Shown here: positions 19,482 through 28,853 of the stretch, piece by piece | Layout: every line of letters begins with the position of its first letter | Position numbering within the stretch: position 1 is the first letter of the stretch | Assembly: GCA_003279685.1 (NCBI GenBank) | Contig: QCHA01000002.1 | Coordinates: 16,303 to 80,302, forward strand | Source of the DNA: Pelagibacteraceae bacterium AG-390-L03 | GTDB lineage: Bacteria; Pseudomonadota; Alphaproteobacteria; Pelagibacterales; Pelagibacteraceae | Reading direction: 5' to 3' | DNA: 64,000 bases | Notes under the pieces: model-generated | Seen by the model: only the letters and a program-made list of their open reading frames with translations | What the model was told of the DNA's origin: nothing | Databases searched by the model: none | Translations under genes and position numbers: made by a program

Positions 19482-21806
19482 ATGGAAATAATTGAAAAGT
19501 TAAAAACTTATAGATCTAGTGTAGATACTTCTTCAAATAAGTATCTAATGGTGCCCATTTTTATTTTTTTTGCTTTATTAATTTTTGCTTTAATTAGAAG
19601 TCCAATACTTATCTCACAATCAGGCATAGGAAGTGCGATAATGCTTACTGCTCCTTTAATTTTAACCACTTACGCTCTAACATTTATAGCTATGGCCGGA
19701 AGAGGTGGGGTTGATTTGTCTATTGGTCCTTTCATGGGTTTTATAAATGTAAGTAGTATTCAACTATATGCTGCTGGATATTTACAAACTCCAATTGGCT
19801 GGTTTGTTTATGCAATAGCAATGGGATTAATTTGGCAGCTTTTCTATGCTTTAATAGTTTGTTTTGTAAGAGTTTCACCAATAATTGTATCTCTAGCTGG
19901 ATATTTAGCATTTGCTGGAATAAATATCGTAATTTTACCAAGACCAGGTGGAATAGCTCCGGACTGGCTGCTTCCATGGGGAGAAGGATTTACAATTCTA
20001 AACCCTATATTTCTTCTAATGATATTGGCGACAATATTATTTTATATAATTACTCATACGGCTTTTTGGGGTCATCTAAAATTAATGGGTTCAGATGAAC
20101 GTGCAGCTTTTACAAGTGGTGTAAAAATTCACCTTGTAAGAATAGTTGCTCATATGATAGCAGGAATTTTTGCAGCTCTTTCTGCAATATGTTTTACGGC
20201 TCTTGTTGGATCTGGAGACCCACTACAAGGAACTAAATACACATTACTAGGTATTACTGCATTAGTTCTAGGTGGCGCAAGTTTGGCTGGTGGGCGTGGA
20301 GGTGCGTTTGGAGCAATTTTAGGTGCATTAAACTTATACCTTATAAATTATATCTTGGTTACTTTTAGATTTGAAAGACTTCAAAGTTTTGTTTCGGACT
20401 TATCTTATGGAGCAGTTTTGGTTATAGCATTATTAGTTAGTCTTATTCTTCCTTATGTCACAAGAGTAACAAAGGGTTTATCGGTAATGGTTTTTTTCAT
20501 TTTAATGGCATTTGCAGGATTATTTGTGGTATTACATCAAGTGTATGATCAACCAATTATTATAGAGAAAGTAGTTGAAACTGATGAAAAATCTCAAAAT
20601 GATGTAAGAGGATCAAAAGTAAGAAAAGTAGATTCAACAGGAAATATTATAGTTGAGGACTCTGAAGCTGGGGCAACAACAGGAACTGGTACTGCTAAAG
20701 GTGGCTCGTTGGCAGGTCATGGCGTAGTTCAACTCACTGAAACACCAGGAACTATAGTGTTTTATGTAATTTTAGGAATAGCATTCGTTGCTTTGTTGCT
20801 TTACCTATTGTCAGCCCATAGAAATCCATCCACGATTTCTTTTGTAATTATCGTAGTCATAATGGCAGCTGGTTTAATTTTTGACCCCGACGATAAAGAA
20901 AAAGACATATTAAAAGATACAGAAAAAATAACTTTAAACTCTAAACAAGTAAGTAGTATTGAAACTTCTGCTCCTCAATACTTTAGCTTGGAAAAAATAA
21001 ACTACTTCCCAAATGTTCTTGAGAGTTCTCTTATTTCTGGAACTACTTATAGTATTATTTATTTTGCTGGAATTGTTTTGTTGGCATCTCTAATTGTAAT
21101 ATCAATGCTTCCTCAATTTAGTCCACGTACTAAATCTACAGCGCTTTTATTTTTTCTAGCAGCTATATCTTTAATTGTTTTAAAAGGTGTTTCATATAAT
21201 AATTTAGTTGAAAGCACTGATAGTAGCTTTTTTGGCATTCAGGGATATGGGGTAATACTAGTTGTTTTACTTTTATTTGTTATAACGGCTCCATTTGTTC
21301 ATTCAAAAATAAAAAACTTAACTAATGTATATATATTTGGATTTGGTATTCTTGCAATAATTTGTACTTATTTTATTGGTGGTAATACTTTTGTTCTAAA
21401 TGATCCATCTTTTTATCAACCTAAAATAATAAGTGAATTAAATATCGGAGATCTTTCTCAAATTAAATACGAAGGGACAAAAAGATTTTTTTATGAAACT
21501 GCAACTTCAGGATATTCTCAATTTGCCTTTAGTATTCTAGCGGTATTTTTAGTCCAATATTTTTTATTCCTTAATATGGGTGAGAAAGCAAATTATAAAA
21601 GATTTGCTCCATATATTTACATAGTAACTATTGCTGTAGCACTTTGGGCTTCAATATTTTATTCTGTAGGATATTCATTATATAAAATTCTTGCAGTATT
21701 AGTAATTGGAATACCTATTACACCTTTGGTTTGGCAATTTATGTCTATCTATAAAGAAAAAAATGCACGTGATAAACAATTAAGTCAATGGGAGGAAATA
21801 AAGTAG
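19482..21806 (+). CDS. CUT2 ABC permease with a ~430-aa multi-TM C-terminal extension
   Basis: GGVDLSIG, HLKLMGSDERAAFTSG, VLGGASLAGGRG in the first ~340 aa, then several additional hydrophobic hairpins. Confidence 0.8.
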   Translation: MEIIEKLKTYRSSVDTSSNKYLMVPIFIFFALLIFALIRSPILISQSGIGSAIMLTAPLILTTYALTFIAMAGRGGVDLSIGPFMGFINVSSIQLYAAGYLQTPIGWFVYAIAMGLIWQLFYALIVCFVRVSPIIVSLAGYLAFAGINIVILPRPGGIAPDWLLPWGEGFTILNPIFLLMILATILFYIITHTAFWGHLKLMGSDERAAFTSGVKIHLVRIVAHMIAGIFAALSAICFTALVGSGDPLQGTKYTLLGITALVLGGASLAGGRGGAFGAILGALNLYLINYILVTFRFERLQSFVSDLSYGAVLVIALLVSLILPYVTRVTKGLSVMVFFILMAFAGLFVVLHQVYDQPIIIEKVVETDEKSQNDVRGSKVRKVDSTGNIIVEDSEAGATTGTGTAKGGSLAGHGVVQLTETPGTIVFYVILGIAFVALLLYLLSAHRNPSTISFVIIVVIMAAGLIFDPDDKEKDILKDTEKITLNSKQVSSIETSAPQYFSLEKINYFPNVLESSLISGTTYSIIYFAGIVLLASLIVISMLPQFSPRTKSTALLFFLAAISLIVLKGVSYNNLVESTDSSFFGIQGYGVILVVLLLFVITAPFVHSKIKNLTNVYIFGFGILAIICTYFIGGNTFVLNDPSFYQPKIISELNIGDLSQIKYEGTKRFFYETATSGYSQFAFSILAVFLVQYFLFLNMGEKANYKRFAPYIYIVTIAVALWASIFYSVGYSLYKILAVLVIGIPITPLVWQFMSIYKEKNARDKQLSQWEEIK

Positions 21807-23207
21807 ATGAAAAAATCAGCATTTCTTTTTTTTAAAGGACTAGGATTATTATTTGCAATTCTTTGTGGAATAGGAACTGCTTTTCTTGGTTGGTATGATG
21901 GCGCAGATTGGATGAATATTGCTACCTACTCTATTGCTGTAACTGGATTAATATTGTGGGGATGGTACCATTTTTCTGTAAGATGGATTAATGAAGATTT
22001 AAAACAAAATATCTTCACTAAATTTCCTAAAGAAGAAATTATAAAAGACGAAGAAGATGAAGAAAATTTTTTCTTCAAAAATATTAGAGAAAATAAATGG
22101 AAAACAATTGCTTTCCTTGGGGTAATTCTAATCTTTATTTTTGTATCTTTTGTAGCAGATGATTTCTTTTCAGGAAGAACCCTAGTTTCATTTTTGATCT
22201 TTTTAGTATTTGTGATTTTTATGGGTATTATCAGCAGATACATAAAAGGTTCAAAAAGTGTTTTTGTAGGGATCTCTGTGTTGATTGGATTGTTTATTAT
22301 TGGATCTCTAACCATACCTGGTTTCTTAACAACCATGAACATGAAATCAATGTTGGTTTTCGCATCATTTTTAGGACTAGCTACTATTGGTCAGACTTTT
22401 GTTGCACTTTTAGGGGGTTTAGATCTTTCAATTCCATTTGTTATTGGCTCTATGAATGTTGGTTTAATGTCGTTAATTTCAAAAGGAGTTCCACCCTGGT
22501 TAGCATGCATAGTAATATTATTGCTAGGAGCTTTAATTGGATTTGTTAATGGAACTCTGAGTTTTAGGCTTCAGGGACAAGCATTAATTTTAACCTTAGG
22601 TGTCGGATTTTTTGTTAAAGGAGGAGTTCAAATTTTAGTCTCTATGGGAACTTTCTCAGCAGGTACAGTTTTTGGTGTAGTACCAGATTGGATGCAAAAT
22701 TTGGCCTCTATGGGAGGAAAAACTATTGGTCTTCCAATACCTCCTGTGATCATTATTTGGATAGTTGCAAGTATATTAGTTATTGTTGCACTTAGATTAA
22801 CAAAATGGGGAAGGCATTTATATGCTTTAGGTGGAAGTAGATTGTCATCATCAAGACTTTCTATTTCTGAAAGAGGATACTGGGTTGGTGCTTATGTTAT
22901 TAGTGGATTTTTCTCAGCTTTAACTGGAATTCTACTTCTTGGTTGGAGTGGTGGAGGATATGTAGGTGCTGGAGATATTTATTTATTCACAACTATAGCT
23001 GCAGTGGTTATTGGTGGAACTTCATTATTAGGAGGTTCTGGAGGTTATGGGTTAAGTGTTATTGGAGTATTTATATTACAAATAATAACAACTGTATTAA
23101 TTGGATGGGGTTTAAGTTGGGAAGCACAACAATTTATTTTAGGATTACTTATTATTCCAATGGTTGCCCTATACGCAAGATCCCCACATATAAGAAGCCA
23201 GATATAA
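21807..23207 (+). CDS. CUT2 ABC permease with a ~150-aa N-terminal TM extension
   Basis: GGLDLSIP, WGRHLYALGGS, VVIGGTSLLGGSG; extra N-terminal helices and acidic linker. Confidence 0.82.
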   Translation: MKKSAFLFFKGLGLLFAILCGIGTAFLGWYDGADWMNIATYSIAVTGLILWGWYHFSVRWINEDLKQNIFTKFPKEEIIKDEEDEENFFFKNIRENKWKTIAFLGVILIFIFVSFVADDFFSGRTLVSFLIFLVFVIFMGIISRYIKGSKSVFVGISVLIGLFIIGSLTIPGFLTTMNMKSMLVFASFLGLATIGQTFVALLGGLDLSIPFVIGSMNVGLMSLISKGVPPWLACIVILLLGALIGFVNGTLSFRLQGQALILTLGVGFFVKGGVQILVSMGTFSAGTVFGVVPDWMQNLASMGGKTIGLPIPPVIIIWIVASILVIVALRLTKWGRHLYALGGSRLSSSRLSISERGYWVGAYVISGFFSALTGILLLGWSGGGYVGAGDIYLFTTIAAVVIGGTSLLGGSGGYGLSVIGVFILQIITTVLIGWGLSWEAQQFILGLLIIPMVALYARSPHIRSQI

Positions 23208-23219
23208 AGGAGAAGATTT

Positions 23220-23939
23220 ATGATAGAATTAAATTGCGATATGGGTGAAAGTTTTGGGATCTATAAAGCGGGTAATGATGAAGAGATAATGCCATTAATA
23301 GATATAGCAAATGTTGCCTGTGGGTTTCATGCTTCTGATCCTAATCATATGAGAAAAACTGTGGCACTTGCAAAAAAACATGGGGTAAAAGTTGGTGCTC
23401 ACCCTTCTTTTTCTGATCTGCAGGGATTTGGAAGAAGAGAAATAAAAATGCCAAGACAAGATATAAAAAATATGGTTATGTATCAGGTAGGTGCTTTAAA
23501 ATCATTTTTAGATGAACAAGATATGCCTTTGAACCATATCAAACCTCATGGATCATTATATGTTATGGCTGCGAAAGATGAAAATATGGCTAACGCAATT
23601 GCAGATGCTGTTGAAACTTTTAATGTGAGTATTTTTGGAATGGCAAATACTTGTCATGAAAAGGTTTATAAAGATGAAAGAGGTTTAAATTTTATAGCAG
23701 AATTTTATGCTGACCTAGATTATGATAAAGAAGGAAACCTAGTTGTAGCTAAAGGAAAAAATGCTAACTACGATAGTAAAATTGCAGCCAAACGTGTCAT
23801 GCGTGCATTAAAAGAAAAAAAAGTTACCAATACTATTGGTAAAGATATAAATGTTGGTTGTGATACAATTTGCGTTCATTCAGATACACCTAATGCAGTT
23901 GAAATAATTACAGGTATTAAATCAGCTCTTAGTAAATGA
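23220..23939 (+). CDS. pxpA: LamB/YcsF family protein (5-oxoprolinase subunit A-like)
   Basis: LNCDMGESFG, ANVACGFHASDP, GAHPS, HIKPHGSLY, TICVHSDTP. Confidence 0.92.
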   Translation: MIELNCDMGESFGIYKAGNDEEIMPLIDIANVACGFHASDPNHMRKTVALAKKHGVKVGAHPSFSDLQGFGRREIKMPRQDIKNMVMYQVGALKSFLDEQDMPLNHIKPHGSLYVMAAKDENMANAIADAVETFNVSIFGMANTCHEKVYKDERGLNFIAEFYADLDYDKEGNLVVAKGKNANYDSKIAAKRVMRALKEKKVTNTIGKDINVGCDTICVHSDTPNAVEIITGIKSALSK

Positions 23940-26389
23940 AAAGAATTTTAATAGCTAACAGAGGTGAAATAGCTTGTAGAATTATTAAAAGCTGTAAAAA
24001 ACTAGGTATACAGTCAATTGCTGTATATTCAGATATAGACAAAAACAGCAAACACGTTAGAGAAGCTGACGAGTCAATCCACATAGGGGGGTCAAAAGCA
24101 CAAGAAAGTTACCTTTTCGCAGAAAAAATCATTGAGGTTGCTAAAAAACTAAATGCTGATGCTATTCATCCAGGATATGGATTTATGGCCGAAAATGCTG
24201 AATTTGCCCAGAATGTAATAGACTCAGGGATAATTTGGATAGGCCCAAAACCAAGCACTATCATATCAATGGGTAATAAAGATGTAGCAAGAGATTTGGC
24301 TATAAAAAATAACCTTCCTATTTGCCCAGGGTTAAAAGATGAAGATTTAAAAAAAGATGATCTAGAAAATAAATGTAATGAAATTGGTTATCCAATTTTA
24401 ATAAAGGCAAGTGCTGGTGGTGGTGGAATTGGAATGCGAATAGCAAACAATTATGAGGAATTAATTCAATCAATTGAAAAAACTAAAAATTTAGCAAAAA
24501 AAGCATTTGGTAATAGCGATATTTTTTTAGAAAAATTTATTTCAAATGCAAGGCATATAGAAATTCAAGTTTTTGGTCTTGGTGAAAGAAAAGCTTTGCA
24601 TTTCTACGAAAGAGATTGCTCAATACAAAGACGCTTTCAAAAAATTATAGAAGAAAGTCCCGCTCCTGAGATTAAAGACTCAATAATTAATGAGATGGCA
24701 GAAAGTGCAGTAAATTTTGTTACAAATCAAAAATATGAAGGAGCTGGTACAATAGAATTTATATACGACATTGATAATAAAAAATTTTATTTTTTAGAAA
24801 TGAATACTAGAATTCAAGTAGAGCACCCTGTTACAGAGATGATCACAAATTCTGATTTAGTTTCAATGCAAATCCAATTTGCATTAAACCTAGATCTACA
24901 ATCTATAGAACAAAATAAAATTAATAAATCAGGACATGCTATTGAATGTAGATTATATGCTGAAGACCCAGCTAAAAACTTTCTTCCTTCTCCAGGTAAA
25001 ATTACTAAATTAAATCTTCCTAATACTGGTTTTGTAGATATTAGACTTGATATAGGTGTAGATGAAGGAGATGAGATATCTTTTTATTATGATCCAATGA
25101 TTGCAAAAATTATTTCAAAAAGTGAAAATAGAATAGAAAGTATAAATAATATGATTCATTATTTAAGTGAATTAAAAATAGAAGGAATTAATACAAATAA
25201 ATCTTTTTTAATTTCAGTTTTAAAAAATGAGTCTTTTGAAAAAGCAACTTATAATACTAAATTTATAGAAAATAATTTATCTTTATTTACAAAAGAATCA
25301 GAAACTTTAAAAAAAAATATAAGTAAAACTATTAATGAAGAAAATATTGTTCAAAAATATACTGATAAAGATGTTGAGGCTTTTAAAAAAATCACAGCAC
25401 AATCTCCTAATAAAAAACACTCAGACCACTACACTGAAAATGATTTCAAAGCATTTAAGAATATTTTAAATAAAAAAAATGATAATCAAAAAAAAGGTTC
25501 TATTAAAAATATAATAGGAAAAGTATATGAAGAACCATTATTTAAACCAGGAGGTGACAAATATATGGTCATTGAATTTGGTAATCTTATGGATCTAGAA
25601 ATTAACTTTACAGCACAAAACTTAGCTAAAGCTATTCTTGATAATAAAATCAAAGGTATTTATGAAACTGCTCCATGTTTTGCTTCGATGCTTATTCATT
25701 ATAATCCTGATGAAATAAAATTTAATGATTTAAAAAATGAGATGAAGTCACTTATTAAGTCATTAGGTCCAACTGATGATATTGAGATTAATAGTAGAAT
25801 TTTCTCATTTCCCACTGTTTATTTAGATAAATGGACAAAAGAATGTATTGAAGATTATTCAAGCAAAATTGTAGAAAAAACTCCTGATCCTGATTTTATT
25901 GTAGAGCTAAATAAACTTGAAAATACTGAACAATTTGTAAGGGTTCATTCTGGAACTGAATATTGGGTTTCGGCACTAGGTTTTTGGCCAGGTCTTCCAT
26001 TTATGATGCCTTTAGACCCTAGATGTAAATTAACTGCACCAAAATATAATCCACCAAGAACCTGGACCCCAAAAGGTGCCGTAGGAATGGGTGGATCTTC
26101 AACTTCAATATATCCTGATAGATTGCCTGGTGGTTATCAAATTTTTGGAATAATACCTGTTCCTATTTGGGATACTCAGAAAAGTTTTTCTGTATTTGAA
26201 GAAAGTATCTGTCTTTTTAAACCTGGTGACAGAGTAAAATTTGTACCCACAAGCTACGAAGAATTTGATCATGTTTCGAATAAGGTAAAGGACAAATCCT
26301 ATGATTATAATATTATTGACTATCAAAAATTTTCAGTAAAAAATTATAAAAATTGGTTAACAACAATTGATAAAACAAAAAGATTTTAA
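23936..26389 (+). CDS. Biotin carboxylase fused to a carboxyltransferase C/D (PxpB/AHS1-like) domain
   Basis: ANRGEIACR, HPGYGF, GGGGIGM, ERDCSIQRR, EMNTRIQVEHPVTE, YYDPMIAK; ~70-aa linker; then GFWPGLPF, PKYNPPRTWTP, PGGYQIFG. Confidence 0.88.
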   Translation: MKRILIANRGEIACRIIKSCKKLGIQSIAVYSDIDKNSKHVREADESIHIGGSKAQESYLFAEKIIEVAKKLNADAIHPGYGFMAENAEFAQNVIDSGIIWIGPKPSTIISMGNKDVARDLAIKNNLPICPGLKDEDLKKDDLENKCNEIGYPILIKASAGGGGIGMRIANNYEELIQSIEKTKNLAKKAFGNSDIFLEKFISNARHIEIQVFGLGERKALHFYERDCSIQRRFQKIIEESPAPEIKDSIINEMAESAVNFVTNQKYEGAGTIEFIYDIDNKKFYFLEMNTRIQVEHPVTEMITNSDLVSMQIQFALNLDLQSIEQNKINKSGHAIECRLYAEDPAKNFLPSPGKITKLNLPNTGFVDIRLDIGVDEGDEISFYYDPMIAKIISKSENRIESINNMIHYLSELKIEGINTNKSFLISVLKNESFEKATYNTKFIENNLSLFTKESETLKKNISKTINEENIVQKYTDKDVEAFKKITAQSPNKKHSDHYTENDFKAFKNILNKKNDNQKKGSIKNIIGKVYEEPLFKPGGDKYMVIEFGNLMDLEINFTAQNLAKAILDNKIKGIYETAPCFASMLIHYNPDEIKFNDLKNEMKSLIKSLGPTDDIEINSRIFSFPTVYLDKWTKECIEDYSSKIVEKTPDPDFIVELNKLENTEQFVRVHSGTEYWVSALGFWPGLPFMMPLDPRCKLTAPKYNPPRTWTPKGAVGMGGSSTSIYPDRLPGGYQIFGIIPVPIWDTQKSFSVFEESICLFKPGDRVKFVPTSYEEFDHVSNKVKDKSYDYNIIDYQKFSVKNYKNWLTTIDKTKRF

Positions 26390-26394
26390 CTTTT

Positions 26395-27519
26395 ATGGTT
26401 CAGGTAATTAAAAAAGGTTTAGAAACATCAGTCCAAGATTATCCTGGAAGAATTGGAACTTTAAATCAAGGATTTCCAGCCTCAGGTCCAATGGATAGTT
26501 GGTCTTTTAGACTTGCAAATATATTGGTTGGAAATAAGCCTGGTGACGCAGCACTAGAGTGTCAATTTATGGGACCAACTCTTAAATTTATTGATGATAG
26601 AACAATAGCTATTACAGGTGCAGACATGTCTCCAAAAATAGATGGTAAAAGTGTTCCTTTATGGGAGAGTATTGAAGTTAAAGCAAATCAAGTTTTAGAA
26701 TTAGAATTTGCCACAATAGGTGCAAGATCATATATTGCTTTTGCTGGAGGAATTAATAGTGAACCTTGGCTTGGATCGAAATCTACATTTCATAAAGCTG
26801 GGGTAGGCGGAATTGATGGTAAAGCTATTGAAAATAATCAAATTCTGCCACTAGGAAACAATAAAAAAATTCAGTTTAGAAAAATAAAAAAAAGTTCAAT
26901 ACCCGAAATCTCTAAAGATAAAAATTGGTCTATAGAAGTTGTTTTAGGTCCCAACGATGATTGGATAGATGACAAAGGTCATGAGATTTTTTTTAATTCT
27001 AAATGGAAACTTCAAGCAAAAAGTGATCGGACAGGGTATAGATTAGATGGACCTAAACTATCTTTCACTGATAAGGCTACAAACAAAAGCCTTGAAAATG
27101 GTTCGGAACCTTCAAATATTATTGACCAGGGCTATCCTGCAGGAGCAATTAATCTTGCAGGTCAAACCCCAATTATTCTTGTTAATGATGGACCAAGCAT
27201 GGGTGGTTTTATTAACCCGTATACTGTGCCATCAGCAACTTTTTGGAAATTAGGACAAGCTAAACCAGGAGATATTCTCAATTTTATAGAAGTTTCAGTT
27301 GAAAAAGCTCAAACATTAAGAGCTGAACAGTCAATCATTTGTAGCGAAGAAAGCCTTATATCTTTTAATAAGAATGAAACTATCAAAAATGAAAAAAACA
27401 AACAATTAGACCCAATAAAGATAATAGATTTTGATAAAAATAAGACGGAGGAGAAAAAAAGAGTAAAATTGATGGAAAAAAAAGGCATGAAAAATATGAA
27501 AATTCGGTTTTTTAATTAA
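26395..27519 (+). CDS. pxpC: Carboxyltransferase A/B (PxpC/AHS2-like) subunit with a charged C-terminal tail
   Basis: VQDYPGR, SGPMD, GARSYIAFAGG, SDRTGYRL, GQTPIIL, GGF..PYTV. Confidence 0.85.
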   Translation: MVQVIKKGLETSVQDYPGRIGTLNQGFPASGPMDSWSFRLANILVGNKPGDAALECQFMGPTLKFIDDRTIAITGADMSPKIDGKSVPLWESIEVKANQVLELEFATIGARSYIAFAGGINSEPWLGSKSTFHKAGVGGIDGKAIENNQILPLGNNKKIQFRKIKKSSIPEISKDKNWSIEVVLGPNDDWIDDKGHEIFFNSKWKLQAKSDRTGYRLDGPKLSFTDKATNKSLENGSEPSNIIDQGYPAGAINLAGQTPIILVNDGPSMGGFINPYTVPSATFWKLGQAKPGDILNFIEVSVEKAQTLRAEQSIICSEESLISFNKNETIKNEKNKQLDPIKIIDFDKNKTEEKKRVKLMEKKGMKNMKIRFFN

Positions 27520-27549
27520 TTATTAAATATGAAAGGAATATTTTAGATA

Positions 27550-27768
27550 ATGACAACTGAGGTAAAAACAACAGTTCCGGGTAATATATGGAAAGTACTA
27601 GTTAAAGTAGGAGATATTGTTAAACAAAATGATGACCTTTTCATTATGGAGGTAATGAAAACAGAGGTACATCACAACTCGCCTATTGATGGAAAAGTTA
27701 TACAAGTAAATATTCAAAATGACCAAGAAGCAGTTGAGCCTGGTACAGTTGCGATTATCATTGAATAA
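27550..27768 (+). CDS. Stand-alone biotin carboxyl carrier protein
   Basis: 72 aa; PG.IWKVLVKVGD and EVMKT (biotinyl-Lys in MK), SPIDG. Confidence 0.85.
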   Translation: MTTEVKTTVPGNIWKVLVKVGDIVKQNDDLFIMEVMKTEVHHNSPIDGKVIQVNIQNDQEAVEPGTVAIIIE

Positions 27769-27771
27769 CAT

Positions 27772-27981
27772 ATGAAATCTAAAAAAAAATTTATTACTAA
27801 ATATTTAGATACTATAATTGAACTATCAAATGAAACTGGGATTTCAAAAAAAGAAGTAAGAACAATCCTAGATATAACATTATCTAATCAAAATCCTGAG
27901 TTTGTTAATTTTGAACTAATAAAAACTGAAATAAAAACATTCATTACAATTAATATTTTTTCGCTAGTGTGTAAATTATAG
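27772..27981 (+). CDS. Small hypothetical protein
   Basis: 69 aa, ATG 3 nt after the BCCP stop; no family recognised. Confidence 0.5.
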   Translation: MKSKKKFITKYLDTIIELSNETGISKKEVRTILDITLSNQNPEFVNFELIKTEIKTFITINIFSLVCKL

Positions 27982-28008
27982 AGTGATAAAAAAATATAAT
28001 TTTTTAAA

Positions 28009-28845
28009 TTAATCGTAATAAAACATTGGAGCTTTTTTCCAATCTAACCATGTAACAGGGTCATGTCCCCAAACTACTTTAGCATTATAATCTTTGGCAA
28101 CTTTTCTTAATTTTTTAACAGAGTCAGCCGCATCTGAAGCAGAAGCAACAAGTCCAGGCAGACATTTATCACACCAATGATCTCCTGTATAACATGCGTC
28201 TCCAGTAAATAACATATGTCCAGTTTTTGGTAAATTTACAAGAACCGATTGATGACCAGGAGTATGTCCAGGAGTAAATATTATTTTAATAACACCATCT
28301 CCAAAGACATCATAAAAATCTGTTTTTCTTCCCTGTAAAAATTTCCATCTTATATTTGGTTTATCAAAATCTGCTCTTACATAAGCTGGTTGTGAAAACC
28401 AGTCTGGATTGAATGCATAATCGTATTCTACTCTTTGTGTAATATGTGTTGCATTAGGAAAGTGACCAATTGCTCCTGAATGATCAAGATGTAAGTGAGT
28501 TTGAATAACATATTTAACATCCTCTGGGTTTGTGTTTACAGATTTAACTACTTCTTTGCACCACTCTGAAGCTTTCATCACAGGATCATAAGCCTCAACA
28601 ACATTTCCCCAATGTTTATGTTTGTCTAGAGCTGCCTCAATTGGCATTCCTCCATCAATAATAACATCTCCTTCAGGATGTTTAATTAAAAACCAAGGTA
28701 CAGGAATTTCATAAGCTTCTTCACCTTGATTCATCTTTATGAATTTCAATTTAGTTTTTATAGAACCAGTTTGAAACATATATAGTTTAATTCCACTATT
28801 AAACTTTGTTGTTTTTTCAAAAAAGTCATCAGAAATATTATTCAT
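28009..28845 (-). CDS. attM: AttM/AiiB-type lactonase (metallo-beta-lactamase fold)
   Basis: HLHLDH, TPGHTPGH, GDACY, GHD; also KMNQG..YEIPVP, PDWF, DFDKP and KKAP features recalled from AttM/BlcC. Confidence 0.85.
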   Translation of the reverse strand: MNNISDDFFEKTTKFNSGIKLYMFQTGSIKTKLKFIKMNQGEEAYEIPVPWFLIKHPEGDVIIDGGMPIEAALDKHKHWGNVVEAYDPVMKASEWCKEVVKSVNTNPEDVKYVIQTHLHLDHSGAIGHFPNATHITQRVEYDYAFNPDWFSQPAYVRADFDKPNIRWKFLQGRKTDFYDVFGDGVIKIIFTPGHTPGHQSVLVNLPKTGHMLFTGDACYTGDHWCDKCLPGLVASASDAADSVKKLRKVAKDYNAKVVWGHDPVTWLDWKKAPMFYYD

Positions 28846-28853
28846 ACTTTATT

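Noticed and set aside
23936-27768. Calling this acetyl-CoA carboxylase or canonical urea amidolyase
   Set aside because: No AccA/AccD-type carboxyltransferase; no allophanate hydrolase; domain order differs from urea carboxylase.
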